Assembly (NCBI GenBank): GCA_013239625.1
Contig: MU053994.1
Span: forward strand, 2,237,589 to 2,301,588
From: Lama guanicoe
Taxonomy: Eukaryota
Reading direction: 5' to 3'
Length of the DNA: 64,000 nt
How positions within the stretch are numbered: position 1 is the first letter of the stretch; each line of letters begins with the position of its first letter. Made by a program: the position numbers and the translations under genes. The notes beneath the pieces were generated by a model that was not told the DNA's origin, did not search any database, and saw only the letters and a list, made by a program, of their open reading frames with translations. Below, piece after piece: positions 1-12,924 of the stretch.

Positions 1-329
1 GCTCACTCCCTGAGGCGGGGCCAACTGGTCCCTTAAATGGGGTGAGGGTAGGGCTGGGTCCGTGGGTTGGGCCAGAGGGGTGGCTTCGGTGGTCTGTCCA
101 CCCTCTTGGTGGTGCTGTGCGTGGGGATCATGCACTGTATGCTGCTTCTGCTCCTGGCACCTCAGAAGTGGCGGTTGGGTTTTGATCTTTTTTATCTTAT
201 TGTTCCCAGTTGCCCCGACTGCGCATGCCTGCAGTTATGTTTAGTCCCTTATAGTTTCTTTGTTGCTTCAGGAGAGGTTTGTCAGGTGCAAGCACTGTAG
301 CAAAGGGTCCCAGGTCCCAGACAGTCTCA
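1..329 (-). mobile_element. Probable ERV1-class LTR, 5' (U3) part, running off the window edge
   Basis: Minus strand starts TGAGACTG...GGGACCTGGGACCCTTT with U3-like composition and a TATA-like TTTAAG near position 35. Family not verified. Confidence 0.5.
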
Positions 330-2081
330 AGGTGACAGACACTTACCTGCACTGCAGCTCTGGGGCAGGGCTGGGGAGAGAACACTTGAACCACTTGCTC
401 TCCATTTTGGTGTCATTTTGCCTTTAAATAAACCACTGAGAGAGATACTACACAAGTGAAAAAAAAATTCCTGGCCATAAAACATATCACACCTTACTCC
501 GAGGTAATGGCAAAATACCTTCCTATAAAAAATGAAAAAGGAATCTGTGTCACCTAATTATACCCCAGCAAGATCTTGTTCAATGAAACAATGAACATTG
601 CCAATCACCAGTTTCCCTTCTACACATATAGCGCCTGGACCCAGACAGCTGGAATTTCACACCGGGGAGACGCTGAGATCATCCGATGGTGGAGAGTTTG
701 AACTTTGATGATTCTTTTTAGTATGATAAAATTGGCCTAGATATTTCTGCCTTCCCCAATATGCATGGGGATGTGGCCGTCAGTGGAGGAAGGCAGAGGC
801 CGGAGTCAGGGCTTTTCATCTTTGCCTGGAAAATCGGAATTCAGGTCAGGCTATAGTCACTGAGCTGGAGTACCACCTTCTGGCTGCCTCCGATTTAAGA
901 AGATTGCGGCAGCCCAACTTTTTCTCAAATTCGTAGATTTCTCACTGTGTCCAAACACCTCAAGTCCCTCTTTTTCACTTATCAGGAGGCTTCTGAGCAG
1001 CTCCTGTCTAGGCTGGTGGCTCCTTATGCTTCGGGCTCAGCTGTCACCCTGGGGTTGCCTCCCTCATCATGGAAATTCCCTCTGACTCTGTCTTGGGTGG
1101 CATCCCCAGTTCCCTGGATTCCACGTTTTCCCCTTTCTCGATATTTTCCAACATTCTGGTGGACCATCTCTTGTGGCTTCCTGAGATAGGATACGTGGGC
1201 AACAATTTTATGAGACCTTGCCTGTCAGAGTTTTTTCTATGCTCACACTTAACTGATAGTTTGGCTGGATATAGAATTCTAAGTTGGATCATTTTCCCTT
1301 AGACTTTTGCATGACATTTTTCTATTTTCTCACAAATTCCAGAGTTGCTGTTGAGAAGTCCAAAGACAGGAGGATTCTCAATCCTTTGTATATAATATAT
1401 AGTTTCTCTTCAGAAGCTTTAAGGGCTTTTTTCCTCAGTATCCAGAAATTTAAGATGATATATATTTATGTGAGGCTATTTTCATCCAATATATTAGGTA
1501 CTTCTTTGGTCCTTTCAATCTATTAGCTCACATCCTTTCCGTATGGGAAATTTCCTTGAATCATTTCTTTGATGTTTTCTTCTCTGTCTCTCTGTTCTCT
1601 CTTTCTAAAGCTCCTTTTATTTGGACTTCTGGAGGAATCATTTAAAAAATTTCTGCTTCTCATCTTCTTTTCTCTATTTTTGGGAAAATGTTCCCAATTT
1701 TATATTCCAATCCTTCTACTAATTTTTTCATTTCTGCTGTCATATTTTAATTTTCCAATGGCTCAATTTTTATTCTCTAAAAGTTTTTTTTATTCCCTGA
1801 ATACTTCTTTTTAATGCAATTAAAATAATGTCTTTTCTGGGACATTATTGATGGGGGTGTGTGTATGTTCCTGTGTGCGAAATTTACATTTCTCAGTATT
1901 GTTTCCGTTTCCTTCAGCTTGCTTCATCTGTTTGCTTTGACCTTGGTCATTTATGTTAGACGTTTCCCTTAAATGCCTGCTGATCACCAAGTTATGTGGA
2001 CCCATTTACAGCAGGGCGCTAAAAAGCTGCTGGAAATCCCTATGTGTGTGGGTGTGGCTTGCCAATTGCAGATTTCACTCT

Positions 2082-2243
2082 AGAGCAGTAGTTTTCAAAG
2101 TGGGGTCTCAGGACCAGAAGCAGCAGCATCACTTGGGAACTCCTAAGAAATGCACATTCTTAGGCTCCACTGGAGATTTACTTGATTTAAAACCCTGGCA
2201 GTTTATAGTTCTGATGCAGGCTGCAGTTTGAGAACCACCTCTC
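2082..2243 (+). mobile_element. MER5A-like hAT-Charlie MITE
   Basis: cagtagttttcaaagtg...cagcagcatcacttgggaact...agaaatgca...agtttgagaaccac. Confidence 0.75.
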
Positions 2244-2267
2244 TACGGTGATCTGGGTAAGCCTTTT

Positions 2268-2460
2268 TAAAAAATTATTGATGTATTTATTTACATTAAA
2301 ATTTTACATCTAAGATGAAAGATACCACAAATAAATACAGTTAGAACACAAATAATGGGTAAAATACCTACCACAAGATAAAATCTTGGTCTTTTGATAA
2401 ACGAACTTCATTTGTCACAATCAGTGTGGTTCCTGATTTGCTTTGACTTATTTTTGTCCT
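2268..2460 (-). pseudogene. TSD-flanked retrocopy of an unidentified mRNA 3' end
   Basis: 14-bp direct repeat tgggtaagcctttt at 2254-2267 and 2461-2474. AT-rich insert with minus-strand AATAAA (2286-2291) about 17 nt before the 3' junction. Confidence 0.6.
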
Positions 2461-2674
2461 TGGGTAAGCCTTTTGATTGGCAGATCTCTGACGTCAGTAT
2501 TCAGTCTCCTTCCTAGAGGGCCCAAGCCTGAATATCAAGTTTCTGGGAGTTGAGTGGACAGGAGAGCTTAGCTGGGGGTACAGTGTTCATAAAAATACTT
2601 ATATCTAATCTCCTTGTTTTCAACTGGGCATCCTACTTTCAACTATCCCTCATATCTCTATCCAAAGACCCTTT

Positions 2675-2757
2675 TTATTTTTAATTTTTTTAATTGAAGT
2701 ATAGTTGATTTACAATGTCGTGTTAGTTTTTGGTGTAAAGCAAAGTGATTCGGTTTC

Positions 2758-2790
<33 letters not shown>

Positions 2791-3039
2791 TACACACATA
2801 TATGTATATATATATGTATATATATATTCTTCTTCAGATTCTTTTCCATTATAGGCTATTACAAGATATTGGATGTAGTTCCCTGTGCTGTACAATAGGA
2901 CCTTGTTTATCTATTTTATGTATACTAGTGTGTATCTATTTTATGTATACTAGTGTGTATCTGTTAATCCCAAACTCCTAATTGATCCCTCCCCGCCACC
3001 GCCCTTTCCCCTTTGGTAACCATAATTTTGTTTCCTATG
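2675..3039 (-). mobile_element. 5'-truncated L1 3' UTR (Laurasiatherian type) with (TA)n tract
   Basis: ttgaagtatagttgatttacaatg...gttccctgtgctgtaca...cccctttggtaaccata. Near-TSD caaagac(c/t)cttt on both sides. Confidence 0.85.
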
Positions 3040-4599
3040 CAAAGACTCTTTAAAACCCTCTGCAGATAATAAGCAAAAGTCCAGTCTTCTGTCTGGGAGG
3101 GGAGAGGGGGAGTGAAGAGACAGTCACGTAGGGTTGCAGAGCAGGGAAAGGCATCTGAATGTCTGACTGCTGCTTACATGGACTTTCAGTCCATCCTCCT
3201 ATTCTTAGTCTCAGGTCCACCTCCTCTTCCAGAAGCACCTGGCACTGCCATTTCTGAATCTTTGGAAGGGGGAGAGCTTCTGCGATGCAACTTGGGTATC
3301 TCCTTTTTCCCCACGGCCAGTTTGAGATTCAGCTTTCTCTGCCCTGCTGTTAGTCACCAAACAACCTTCTGCTTTCCAACTTCCCAAACTCTGGGCTGTT
3401 TTCTCCTTTCCTAGTCTCTTTATACTGGCAGGTGAATGCCTTTTGAAAATTCCATTACTCTCATCTTCATGAAGTTTGGGGACTGGAGCAGAGGAATGAA
3501 CGCACGTGTTCCATCCCATATCTTTAACCAGGCATCCCATTTTTCTCTAAACGTGTTCTCTTTGGGGACGAGGAACTAGAAACCGTCAATGAGAGAACAG
3601 AGTTTCCAAAATTACTCCCTGCTGCTGCTACTGTCATCCAGGTCAGGACTGGGGGCCTGGCTGTGTTTTGGCCTCTCTGGGCCCCCCGGGGTGATGGGGG
3701 TAAGGGAAGCCAAGGCCTACTGTCATTCAGGCAGAGTCACCTCCTGAAAAGATGGCTTCCATCCCTCGCTCAGGAGCCAACCATGGCTCCCCATTGTCTA
3801 TAGTGTTTATCCCTCAAGCGGGGCATTTAAGGTTTGCCTTAACTGCTTGAATTCTCTCGCTGGCACACCTCTCTGCCCTCTACTCCCCTCCCCTCCCCTC
3901 CCCTCCCCTGCCCTCAGACACTGGCATTCCTGCCCTCTGCCTGTCCTCTCGCGCGGAGAAGGGCCTCTCTCTCCCCTTGGCCTGCACAGATCCCGCCACC
4001 CCTCCAAGTCCAGCTGAGGGGCCCCCACTCCCTTTAGGCAGCCTCTCTGGGGCTTCAGCTTCTTTCTGGCCTCTCACACTTGTCATCAGCATCACACAAG
4101 TCAGCCCTGTGGTGTCAACTCCAAAAGGACACCTCCCCCTGGGCCCAGCATCATGTTGGAGACGCTGGATGTTAAATACATATTTTTTGATTGATTGGTA
4201 AGGACATACTGTGCTCATTTCTTATATTCTTTATTATTAATTAATATTAATATAGATTCTCTATTAACATATTAATACTTGACACATAATACATAAATAC
4301 ATATTGTGAAGTGACAAGCACTGTCTTAGCTCAGTCCTCAATTTCTCTTTCTTTACGGTTTTTCTCTGTGCCATCTTGCCCCACAAGTCTTAAGAAAAAG
4401 TAAGAGGTTTTGGTTTAGTTGCTTAACGGTCTGTTTTTTATAACAGAATTTCTCCCAAGCTTTTCTCAAATACATTGCACAAACTGTGTTTTAACCATTT
4501 TTTCAGAAATCAAAGTGGATCCACCAATAGTCCTAACCATCCTAAGGCATTAAATAGTTCTCATTTTTCCATACTCCCTTTCAATTGCCTCCTAATCCA

Positions 4600-5105
4600 G
4601 TTTTTAGAAAATTGAGGTGAAATTCACATAACATAAAATTAACCATTTTTAAAGTGAACGATTCAGTGACGTTAAGTACACACACAATGTTGTGCAACTG
4701 TCACCGGCATCCATCGCCAGAACATTTTCATCATCCGAAATGGAAACTCCGTGTCTATTAAACAACAATTCTCCATTCCCTCCTCCCCTCAGCCCCTGAA
4801 ACCACCACTCTACTTTCTGTCTCTACGAATCTGACTATTCCAGGGACCTCGTATAAGTGGAATCATCCAGTATTTGTCCTTTTGAGACTGGCTAATTTCA
4901 CTTGGCATAATGTCTTCAAGCTTCATCCCTCTTGTAGCGTGTGTCAGAATTTCCTTCCTTATTAAGGTCAAATAATATTCCATTGCGCGTATAGACCACA
5001 TTTTGTTTATCCATTCATCCGTTGATGGCCACTTGGGTTGCTTCCATCTTTCAGCCATTGTGAATCATGCTGCCATGATCATGGGTGTATCACATCTGTT
5101 TGAGT
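4600..5105 (-). mobile_element. L1MB/MA-type 3' end fragment
   Basis: ORF 4810-5058(-) WKQPKWPSTDEWINKMW...SQSQKDKY is the L1 ORF2 C-terminus, followed by a typical old L1 3' UTR. Confidence 0.85.
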
Positions 5106-6466
5106 CAGTCTCTGTTCCTAATCTGCTTTTAACAGAGTTGTGACAGGACCCCAGGCACAGTTTGGAGTTCTACTATTTTCTTTAATGTTACATCATACCT
5201 GCCTTTTTTCCATGTTGCCACACGGTCTTTATAACCATCCTTCTCAATAGCTGTATCATAGACTGTCTCAGTAAGATTTTGTCTAGATTTTCACAAAGAA
5301 ATGCAGTGCCAGTTTAGACAAGTTCTCACAAGCCTTCCCATCCCGCATCTTTTGAAGGTTGGAGCAAGATGCATTTGGAAAATTCTCCTGGGAGAAGCAG
5401 TTTTCAGCCTGTAGCACAGATACCCCTGGCCTCGCCTCCTCTGACCTCTCATCCCCAGCCCCATCAAAGCTGCAGGAAACAAAAGGAGACAACCATGTCC
5501 TGCAAACAGGAGAGGAGAGGGAGCTTGAAGCAAAGCAGAAGTGCATCCTGGGGAGTCTGCATTCAGCCTCAGAGCGCAGCTGTGAGTCGAGCCCCAGCGC
5601 GAGCCAGGTACCAGGTCCTCGCTGCCTCTGCCTCCACCAGTATCCTTCGTGAGCATCCTTTGGTAACCCCCAGAATGCACCAGAACACCACTGTCCTATA
5701 CTTGCCTTGGCTTGTGTCAAACGCTACAAGCATTGCTCCTGCTCCTTCAGAGCAGGGAGCAACAGAAGCAGAAAAGAGCTTTCGAGGACCCAGGGACCCA
5801 CTGCCGACAGCCCTGGGTGCCTGGTAGGGAAAGAAAATGTTTTGTTTGGCTTTGTTTTGTTCACAGAGCCCCCTTTCCCAGCCGCGTTCACCTTAACAGC
5901 ATCACTTGAAGCAACAAAGCAGCTTAATCATGCTGCCTTTTAAAACTTTGAACTAGGCAGGCTGGATTCCTTGTGTTAAAAATCCTTTCCCTCCTTTTAA
6001 GAGCTGAAAGGAGCTTCCCTGCTCAGCCTGGTTTTAAAACCCTCACACCGAGCATGGAAAATTCTATAAATACCAAATGCAAACCTGGAGTTTAACCTTT
6101 AATTAGTCTAGCCTCTGGCTCAACCTCCCGATTCCACCATCTTCTTTCTGTAGCTTTCTGTAGGCCTTCTTTAAACTCTGTCTGGAGATTGATCAACGTG
6201 AATAATAATAATAAAAAAAAATCTCCTTGGGAAGACTTTCAGAGTCGCCGGAAGATGAATAGGAATCGTAAAAGTGGGTGTGTGATCTTCAGAGAACCGC
6301 TCCTCTGGCACCTGTTTTTCTGCATTGATGCCAGAGGTTTGCATCACTTTGATTGTCTGAAATCACTGCATAACCCCCAAAACAGGTGAAGCCTGTATCT
6401 TAACCTGGCTCCATTTTCTCCCAGGCGGTCTCCTGGATGCGTTTGCTCTGAAGACCTCTGTTCTGC

Positions 6467-7130
6467 TCATCTACTGCTGCTTAATAAACCACCCCCCAAA
6501 TCAGTGGCTTGAAACAACAACAGTTATTTATTTTGCTCACAAATCTGCCATCTGGGCCAGGCCGGTGGGAACAGCTTGTCTCTGTTCCACACAGGGTGCT
6601 CTGGGGTGGCTCGAAGGATGGGGGGTGACTTGACGGCTGGGAGCTGGAATCACCCGAAGACCCACGTGATCACACATCTAGCGTTGATGCTGGCTGCTGC
6701 CGGGACCTCAGCTGGGGATGTTGTCTGTGGCCTCTCCACGTGGCCTCTTGGCTTCCTCACAGCGTGGTGGCGGGGCTCTACGGCTGGGCGTCCTGAGGGA
6801 ACAAGGTCGAAGGGCTTGGCATTTTTAGGACCGTGTCTCGGAAGTCACCGAGCTTTACTTCCACTCGATTCCTTGGCTTGCAGACGCTGCCTTCTCAGTG
6901 TGTCCTCACATGGTCTCCCCTTGTGCTCACATCCCTGGGGTCTCTTCCTCTTATAAGGACACCAGTCCTAGTGGGTTAGGGCCCCACTCTTCTGACCTCA
7001 CTTAACCTTACTTGTCTCTTTCAAGGCCTTGTCTCTAAATACCGTCATATTGGGGTGAGGGCTTCAACGTATGAATTTGGGGGTAGGGAGGACACAGTTC
7101 AGTCCCTCTTTGGAAGATACAATCTGCCAT
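6467..7130 (-). mobile_element. Nested MLT1 (ERVL-MaLR) LTRs, with an MLT1A-like piece at about 6872-7105 inside an older MLT1
   Basis: cccaaatcagtggcttgaaacaacaa; tcttataaggacaccagtc...tatgaatttggggg. Confidence 0.7.
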
Positions 7131-7384
7131 AGGCCCTTAGCTATGTTTTCCTCTCTCTCTGAGTCTCTTAAGCTGAAATCATCCCTCTCAAAAGGACAGT
7201 GTCAAGCTTGACCTGCAGGCGAGGTTTGGAAGGTGTTGCCCCATAAAGGTCTTTCCCTCTGTGAGCCCAGGCTACCTGCCAGGCCTGGGGCACGACATAT
7301 TTGAGGACTAGCCGTGTAATCGTCACCTCTAAACCAGCTGTGCAGAAGAGCGACGGCGGACCCTGTGGCTGTCAGTTCACATCT

Positions 7385-7900
7385 TGTGGTGGTTTTGTGT
7401 TGTGTCACCTCAGCTAAGCTGGAGCATTTCCTAGAATTCTCTTCCTTTTACGGTTCCTGATTAGAGTTGGTCAGAAGAGAAATATGCACATTTGGAAGGT
7501 GGTGGAGAAGCAGCTGCTGCTCCTCGCTGGTCATCATGGTTAGATGTGGAGAAAGACAGAAGGTGGCGGAAGGTGCCGGCTCACCCTTGTTCTCTCCTGC
7601 TCCACTGGCCCTGCTGAGCCACAGCCTTGCCAAGTCCACCACCAGACGTAGAGACACATCACCTGTGGGCGGCTCCCCCAGTTCCCTCTCGTGGCCCCAC
7701 TTTGGCAGCTGCCCGTGCCTGGCTGCAGGAAGGCTGGCTAGTGGCTTCTCTCTGTCCCTCCAGCGTCACCTTCAGACCCTTCCTTTCCCCGACTCTCCCA
7801 CATTTGGGTCAGCTCTTGTTCCATCATGAAGCCCTTCCCCCAGCATCCTCATTATGGTCTGTGTCCCCGCTCCAGCCCCGACTGGCACAACCTCCTCGTT
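7385..7900 (+). mobile_element. ERVL LTR (LTR41-like)
   Basis: Starts tgtggtggttttgtg...gctaagctggagcatttcctagaattc. 3' boundary uncertain. Confidence 0.5.
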
Positions 7901-8739
7901 CTTTCTTTCCCGAGTCTTCACAGTAATGCCCAGGCTCGGGTGGCCTCCCATGAATTTGATGAGAATTCTTCAGAATGGAGACATCAGGGCCACCCAGTGC
8001 CCTCCCCTCCCCCGGGGACCCACACAGTCGCCTTGTACTCACAAACCTGGGGGTTTAGGCACCCAGCTCCCTGAATAGGTTCTATGCCCAAAGGAGGATA
8101 AAATGGGGACCTCCCCTCCTTGAGGCCTGGCCTGTGTCCTTGAGATAGGGCACACACATGCGGAACGCTAAGTGACCAGACCAAATGGGGTCCACATCAT
8201 AGGGGAGACAGAAGCGATGCAGCTCAGGGGTTCACGAGAGGAAGATCTTTTCTGAAGTGGAGGGAGTGGTCAGGATGACTTAACACTTTGTGGGTTAAGC
8301 AGAGTCGGGCATAAACTCTGGCCGCCCAGTGACTGTGCTCGGAACGAGATTCTGGTTGGGAGTAGGGGCGTCTCCTTGTTTCCCCGCCCCGAATGCCATC
8401 ATTGTTGGAGTTGGGACAGGGCAGCCGAGCTGGGCCCTTTCAGGACTTCGAGAAGCTGGGAGGAGCCTTTGGGCCTGAAGCAGGGCCTCTCTGGGCATCC
8501 TCTCTGCCGCACGGCACCTCAGCTCCCCGCTCTGGAAGGTTCTTCTTAGGCCCGGCGCCGAAATGTGTCCTCACTTTTTCCGTGACATCAGTTTCTCCTG
8601 CAGGCTTTAGAAACAGGGTGAACACAGCCCAACACTGGAGAGCCTGTGGGTTCTGAACACTGTGCTTCGAGGGGATGGGTCTTTCCTGTGGTCAACTGCA
8701 GCACCCTAATAATTCCTCAACATTAAAAACAATGAACTC

Positions 8740-8898
8740 GAGGGGGAGGGGGAAGGGTTTAGCTCAGCGGCAGAGCGCATGCTTAGCATGCATGAGGTCC
8801 TGGGTTCAATCCCCAGTACCTCCATTAAAAAATGAATAATAAATAAACCTAATTACACTCCCCCAAAAGAAATCAAAACAAAGTTAAAAAAAAAAAAC
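8740..8898 (+). mobile_element. tRNA-Ala-derived SINE (camelid vic-1 type)
   Basis: A box tagctcagcggcagagc, B box gggttcaatccc, A-rich tail, TSD caatgaactc at 8730-8739 and 8899-8908. Confidence 0.9.
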
Positions 8899-9584
8899 CA
8901 ATGAACTCAGCCAACAAGTTAATAAATCAGTTTAATGTGCTGAGCTCACTTTCCAGTGACTTTCAAGTTGCCTCAACCTGAGTAGTGAAATATTTTTAAC
9001 CCATTTCTCATCTATTTATTTACTTACAAATTGCATTCATGTGCTAATGTTTTTCTGCTAAGAGCATAAGGTCCTATGTATATGTGGGTGAGGCCCGTTA
9101 TTAACAAAAGAAGTTGAAAATCCACATCTCAAATTATCTGCTGAAGTTTGAAGTTTCTAAAACGTACTCCTTGTGGCATCTGATTGAGAGCGTGGTGTTT
9201 CCCCCTCCTGGGGCCGGCGAGCTCTCAAATCAGGAGTGCTGTGAGTGGCGCCAGTGCCTTCCCAGCTTCTGCTTGCTTTCACAGTATTATCTCCAAGCCA
9301 CGGTTTCTTTAGAGGAGCCGTTTCAAGCCCCTTGCCCATTTCGTGATGATTAGTTTAGTTAGAGCGAGATAATATAATCCGGAATTCCACTCGACACAAC
9401 ACCCATAACCGGCCGTTTACTGAAGTGAAAAATCCGGCGAGGCGGCTGCCGTCTGAGTTAGGGGACTGTCACTCTTGCCTCAGCATCCCTTGCCTGTGAC
9501 GCTGGATGGCAGCGAGCAGTGACCTCGCGGTCAGTCTGCCTGTTGCATATGGGTCCCTGTAACGTTACAGTCAACTTTTGCTGC

Positions 9585-10020
9585 CATTTTGCTGCAGAAT
9601 GAACACTCCAAAACTCGGCGGCTTACAACAGTGGGCGTTTATGGTTTTGTCCTGCCCCGATTCCTGCGGGGCTCTGGGGGTTTCATGGATCTTGGCTGGG
9701 CTGGGCTCTTTCAGGATGCAGCTTGGCCAGGCTTGGTTCCAGGTTGCAGGTTTTGTGCGGGTCTGGAGCCCAGGCTGATGCGACTGCCGCCACCCAGGAC
9801 CTGTTCTCAGTGATGGCAGAAGCTCAAGAGGGCGAACAACCCAGCACAGAGTCCTTCTCACAAGCCATGTCCACTCATACTCCTTCGGTCCAGCCCAACT
9901 TGATCGGCGTCGGAGGAGTATATCCCCCTCACAGTGGGAGGCGCTGCAAAGTGACAGGACAAACGGTATTAATTCTGTTCCAAGCAGGTGACGAAGTAGG
10001 ATGAATTAGCCAAAGCACTA
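9585..10020 (-). mobile_element. MLT1-type LTR (old)
   Basis: ccaaaactcggcggcttacaaca...ggctgggct...ttctcagtgatggcagaagctcaagagggc. Confidence 0.55.
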
Positions 10021-10067
10021 CAGTGATATAAACAGAAGTTCTCAAGTTCTGGTATCTTCTTTCTATC

Positions 10068-10441
10068 TATGTCATTTTGCTCGGGCTGCTATAATGAGGT
10101 ACCATAGATAGAGTAGCTTAAATGACAGAAATTTCTTGTCTCACTGTTCTAAAGGCTGGAAGTCCAAGATCAAGGTGCCGGCAAGGGTTGGTTCCTCCTG
10201 CGGGTGTGAGGGTAGGATGTTCCAGGCCTTTTTCCTTGGCTTGTCTTTCTCCTGTATCCCTTCACCTCATCTTCCGTCTATGTGGGTCTGTGCCCAAGTT
10301 TTCCTTTTTTAAAATGACACTAGTCATATTGTGATTACCCTCTGTAGAGATTCCATCTCCAAATAAAGTCACAGTCTGAGGTCCTGGGGGTTAGGACTTC
10401 CATGCATGAATTTTGGGGGGACATAATTCAACCCACTGACA
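10068..10441 (-). mobile_element. MLT1A/B-type LTR
   Basis: ggctggaagtccaagatcaaggtgccggcaagggttggttcct...catgaattttggggggacataattcaaccca. Confidence 0.8.
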
Positions 10442-12924
10442 CTACCCCTAAAAGGATTGTCTTGTGTAACACTGAGGGTGTGTTTCCCCCCCACTTTGGA
10501 GACTTCCTGGCATAGAGACGAATGGAGAAAATTCTCTTGCACCCGGCCCTGTGTGGAGCAGGGGACCGAGGCTCCAGACTTTAAGACCCTGCCCACAGTC
10601 CCACGACCATCAGGAGAAGCCCTGACCTCTTTGGCCACACCATCCCCAAGCCTTAGGGTTAAGTTCATCAACACATGTGACACCCACTTTGCTGGGGGGA
10701 AAAAAATCTATCCCATTGTCTATAAGGTGTCATGGAGGCAAGCCTGTGTGTCAGCCTTACCATCTGAAATGAGTACTTCACTTCCCTTAAATGGGGTGTC
10801 GGGAGGTTTCATGTTTGCCAGTAGAGCCCTAGAGGAGAGGGCGGAATGAACCAGACTGGTGATTCTATAGAACAATTCTACTTTTCTTACTCACGCCCAG
10901 GAAGAGGTCTGGGACAAATGATGGAGCTCACACCAGACTGCGTTCCAATGAACAGGGCGGAGCAGACCGGCATGTACGCACGCAGTAAATATCTTTAACA
11001 CTTTCTAGGAGCTCGCGACGAGGCAACTCTCTTAGCAGACTTCCCCGGAACGCAGGGCTGATTCATTCCTGAGTGATGGGGCCCACATGTGCTCCCTGCT
11101 GCTGCAGAAACAAGTGTCGTTTCTGCCCTGTCAGCGTTTTCCGTCCTGGCATAAATTAGGTACACTGTAGCCATTTCATTAAGAAATGATGTCTCTGATG
11201 TGACGTGTCGGGTTTCCAGAGGTGGAACAGAAAAGCCTGCCTGTGGCTGGGGACAGCCACTTCCCCTAAATACAATGACCGCTCCTGTGACACCTGGCCA
11301 TTAGGGATAGGCGGGGGTGGGACAGGCAGTCCCAGGAGACAGGCCACCGCAGACGACAACGCAGTCTGTAGCCGAATGATCAACGGCTTCCTTTCTTCCT
11401 CCCCACCCCCATGCCTGGTGTTGGAATATTCCAGACATCTGGAATTATGACTGGTTAACTGCAGTCAAACACAGATTTCTTTTTGTGGAAATATTCTGAT
11501 CTAAGACCCAGGAGGGCAGGGATATTGGGTAATTGCCATCCGTGCAATAAACATATTATAGAAGTTTATAAACTTGGCCTATCTCTTGGCTGCTTTAGGC
11601 TTCTGGTGTGCCTGGGATGGCTTTGATTTTGAAATCACTTAGACGATAGGCAGACTTTTCCTCTCCTAGCCTTTGCAGTGCAATCTGATAAACACATCTG
11701 TGGTAAGTCCTGCTTGGGGTAGTTTGGGGCCGACCAAAGGACAGAGTAATTTTTACGAAATAAATACATACATAAAAAAAGCATGCTTGTGACTCAACGG
11801 GAGTTGGGAAGAATGGAAAATATCACAAGATATTCTGTGCACACGATATCTAATCTCCCTTTTAGACAGAAGAAATTCCAATAAGCCTCTGCCATTAAAA
11901 CTTTGATAATCAGAAACTTCGTCTTAATCAGCGCTTGCCGTAAACTCCGTGGGCTCCGCTGACTTGTGTATTTAACATTCTTGATATTCTACGCTCTTCC
12001 AATTATCCAAATTTTTTCTTAAACTCAATTTCCCAGGGCCTCGTGGCGTTCAGCTAATCAAGCTTTCACTTTTTTAAAAAAGTGTTTGTCTCTAGCTCTA
12101 TACACACTGAGTATGTAGACACACAGGCACCAGATCTAGGAAGATGTCAGGGTGCTTTAAAGGTGGTCAAAAGCATCCCCGCGGTGCGGTTCTTCGCTGA
12201 TGAAGGGACAGCTCTGGTCCTGCTCACATCCATGCCCTGTGTGAACCTTTCCCTGCCTCCTCCCGCTGCCACCCACCCTTCCCAGGACGCTAGTTCTGAC
12301 CAGAAGTCCTAGAAAGGCAGAGGGCGTGTTCTGTGGACGGATATTTCCCCCGCTGCTGGCTTCCCTCTACCCCCTCCCTAGTGGCTCAGAAAGATTAGCG
12401 TTCAGGAATGCGGTTAGCACACCCTGCGCTCATAACTCAACCCCGTACATCACAGCACACAATCACAGGAAATGCCGCCTGTCACTACGACGTGCACGCT
12501 CACGCGTCCGTCCTCACACACGCCACACGTGGCAGCGTGCACATACACACGGTGTCCCCAGCCCCACGTTACGGCGCATCCTCCGCTCTGCCCCACCAAG
12601 CCCTGCACGTGCCTGCAGACACTAGGGCCCCAGCGGTTAGGGGAGAGGATCCACTTTTTTTTTTTTTTTAATTTCAATCAAAAAAAAATTTAGTTCCCAT
12701 TCTAGGTTTGGTCCACAAGGGTCAAGAATTGTTGAGAAAGTCGATCTTGGCCCCTTTCCAAGCACCGGAAGGGTTGGGTTCAGAGACTGTGTTATTTCAG
12801 TTGTGGGAGGGGAAGCCCCGCTATTTGCCTGCCTGGGATCCGGCACGATTTCATCCCGCAGCCCGGCCGATCCAGACCAAATGTCCACTCAACGTCTTCT
12901 GCGCATGCCCACCAAGTCCCACTG

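Larger units (their letters stand above)
940..3540 (-). mobile_element. Ancient L1/HAL1 ORF1-region relic interrupted by younger insertions
   Basis: ORF 1044-1292(-) contains LRILYPAKLS, the C-terminal motif of L1 ORF1p. T-rich plus strand. Interrupted at 2082-2243, 2268-2460 and 2675-3039. Confidence 0.65.

Noticed and set aside
8740..8830. tRNA-Ala-like genes (also 20937, 34270, 37130, 54020, 55730)
   Set aside because: They have A-rich tails, TSDs on several copies, a shared non-tRNA 3' region and divergence from each other. They are SINEs, not tRNAs.
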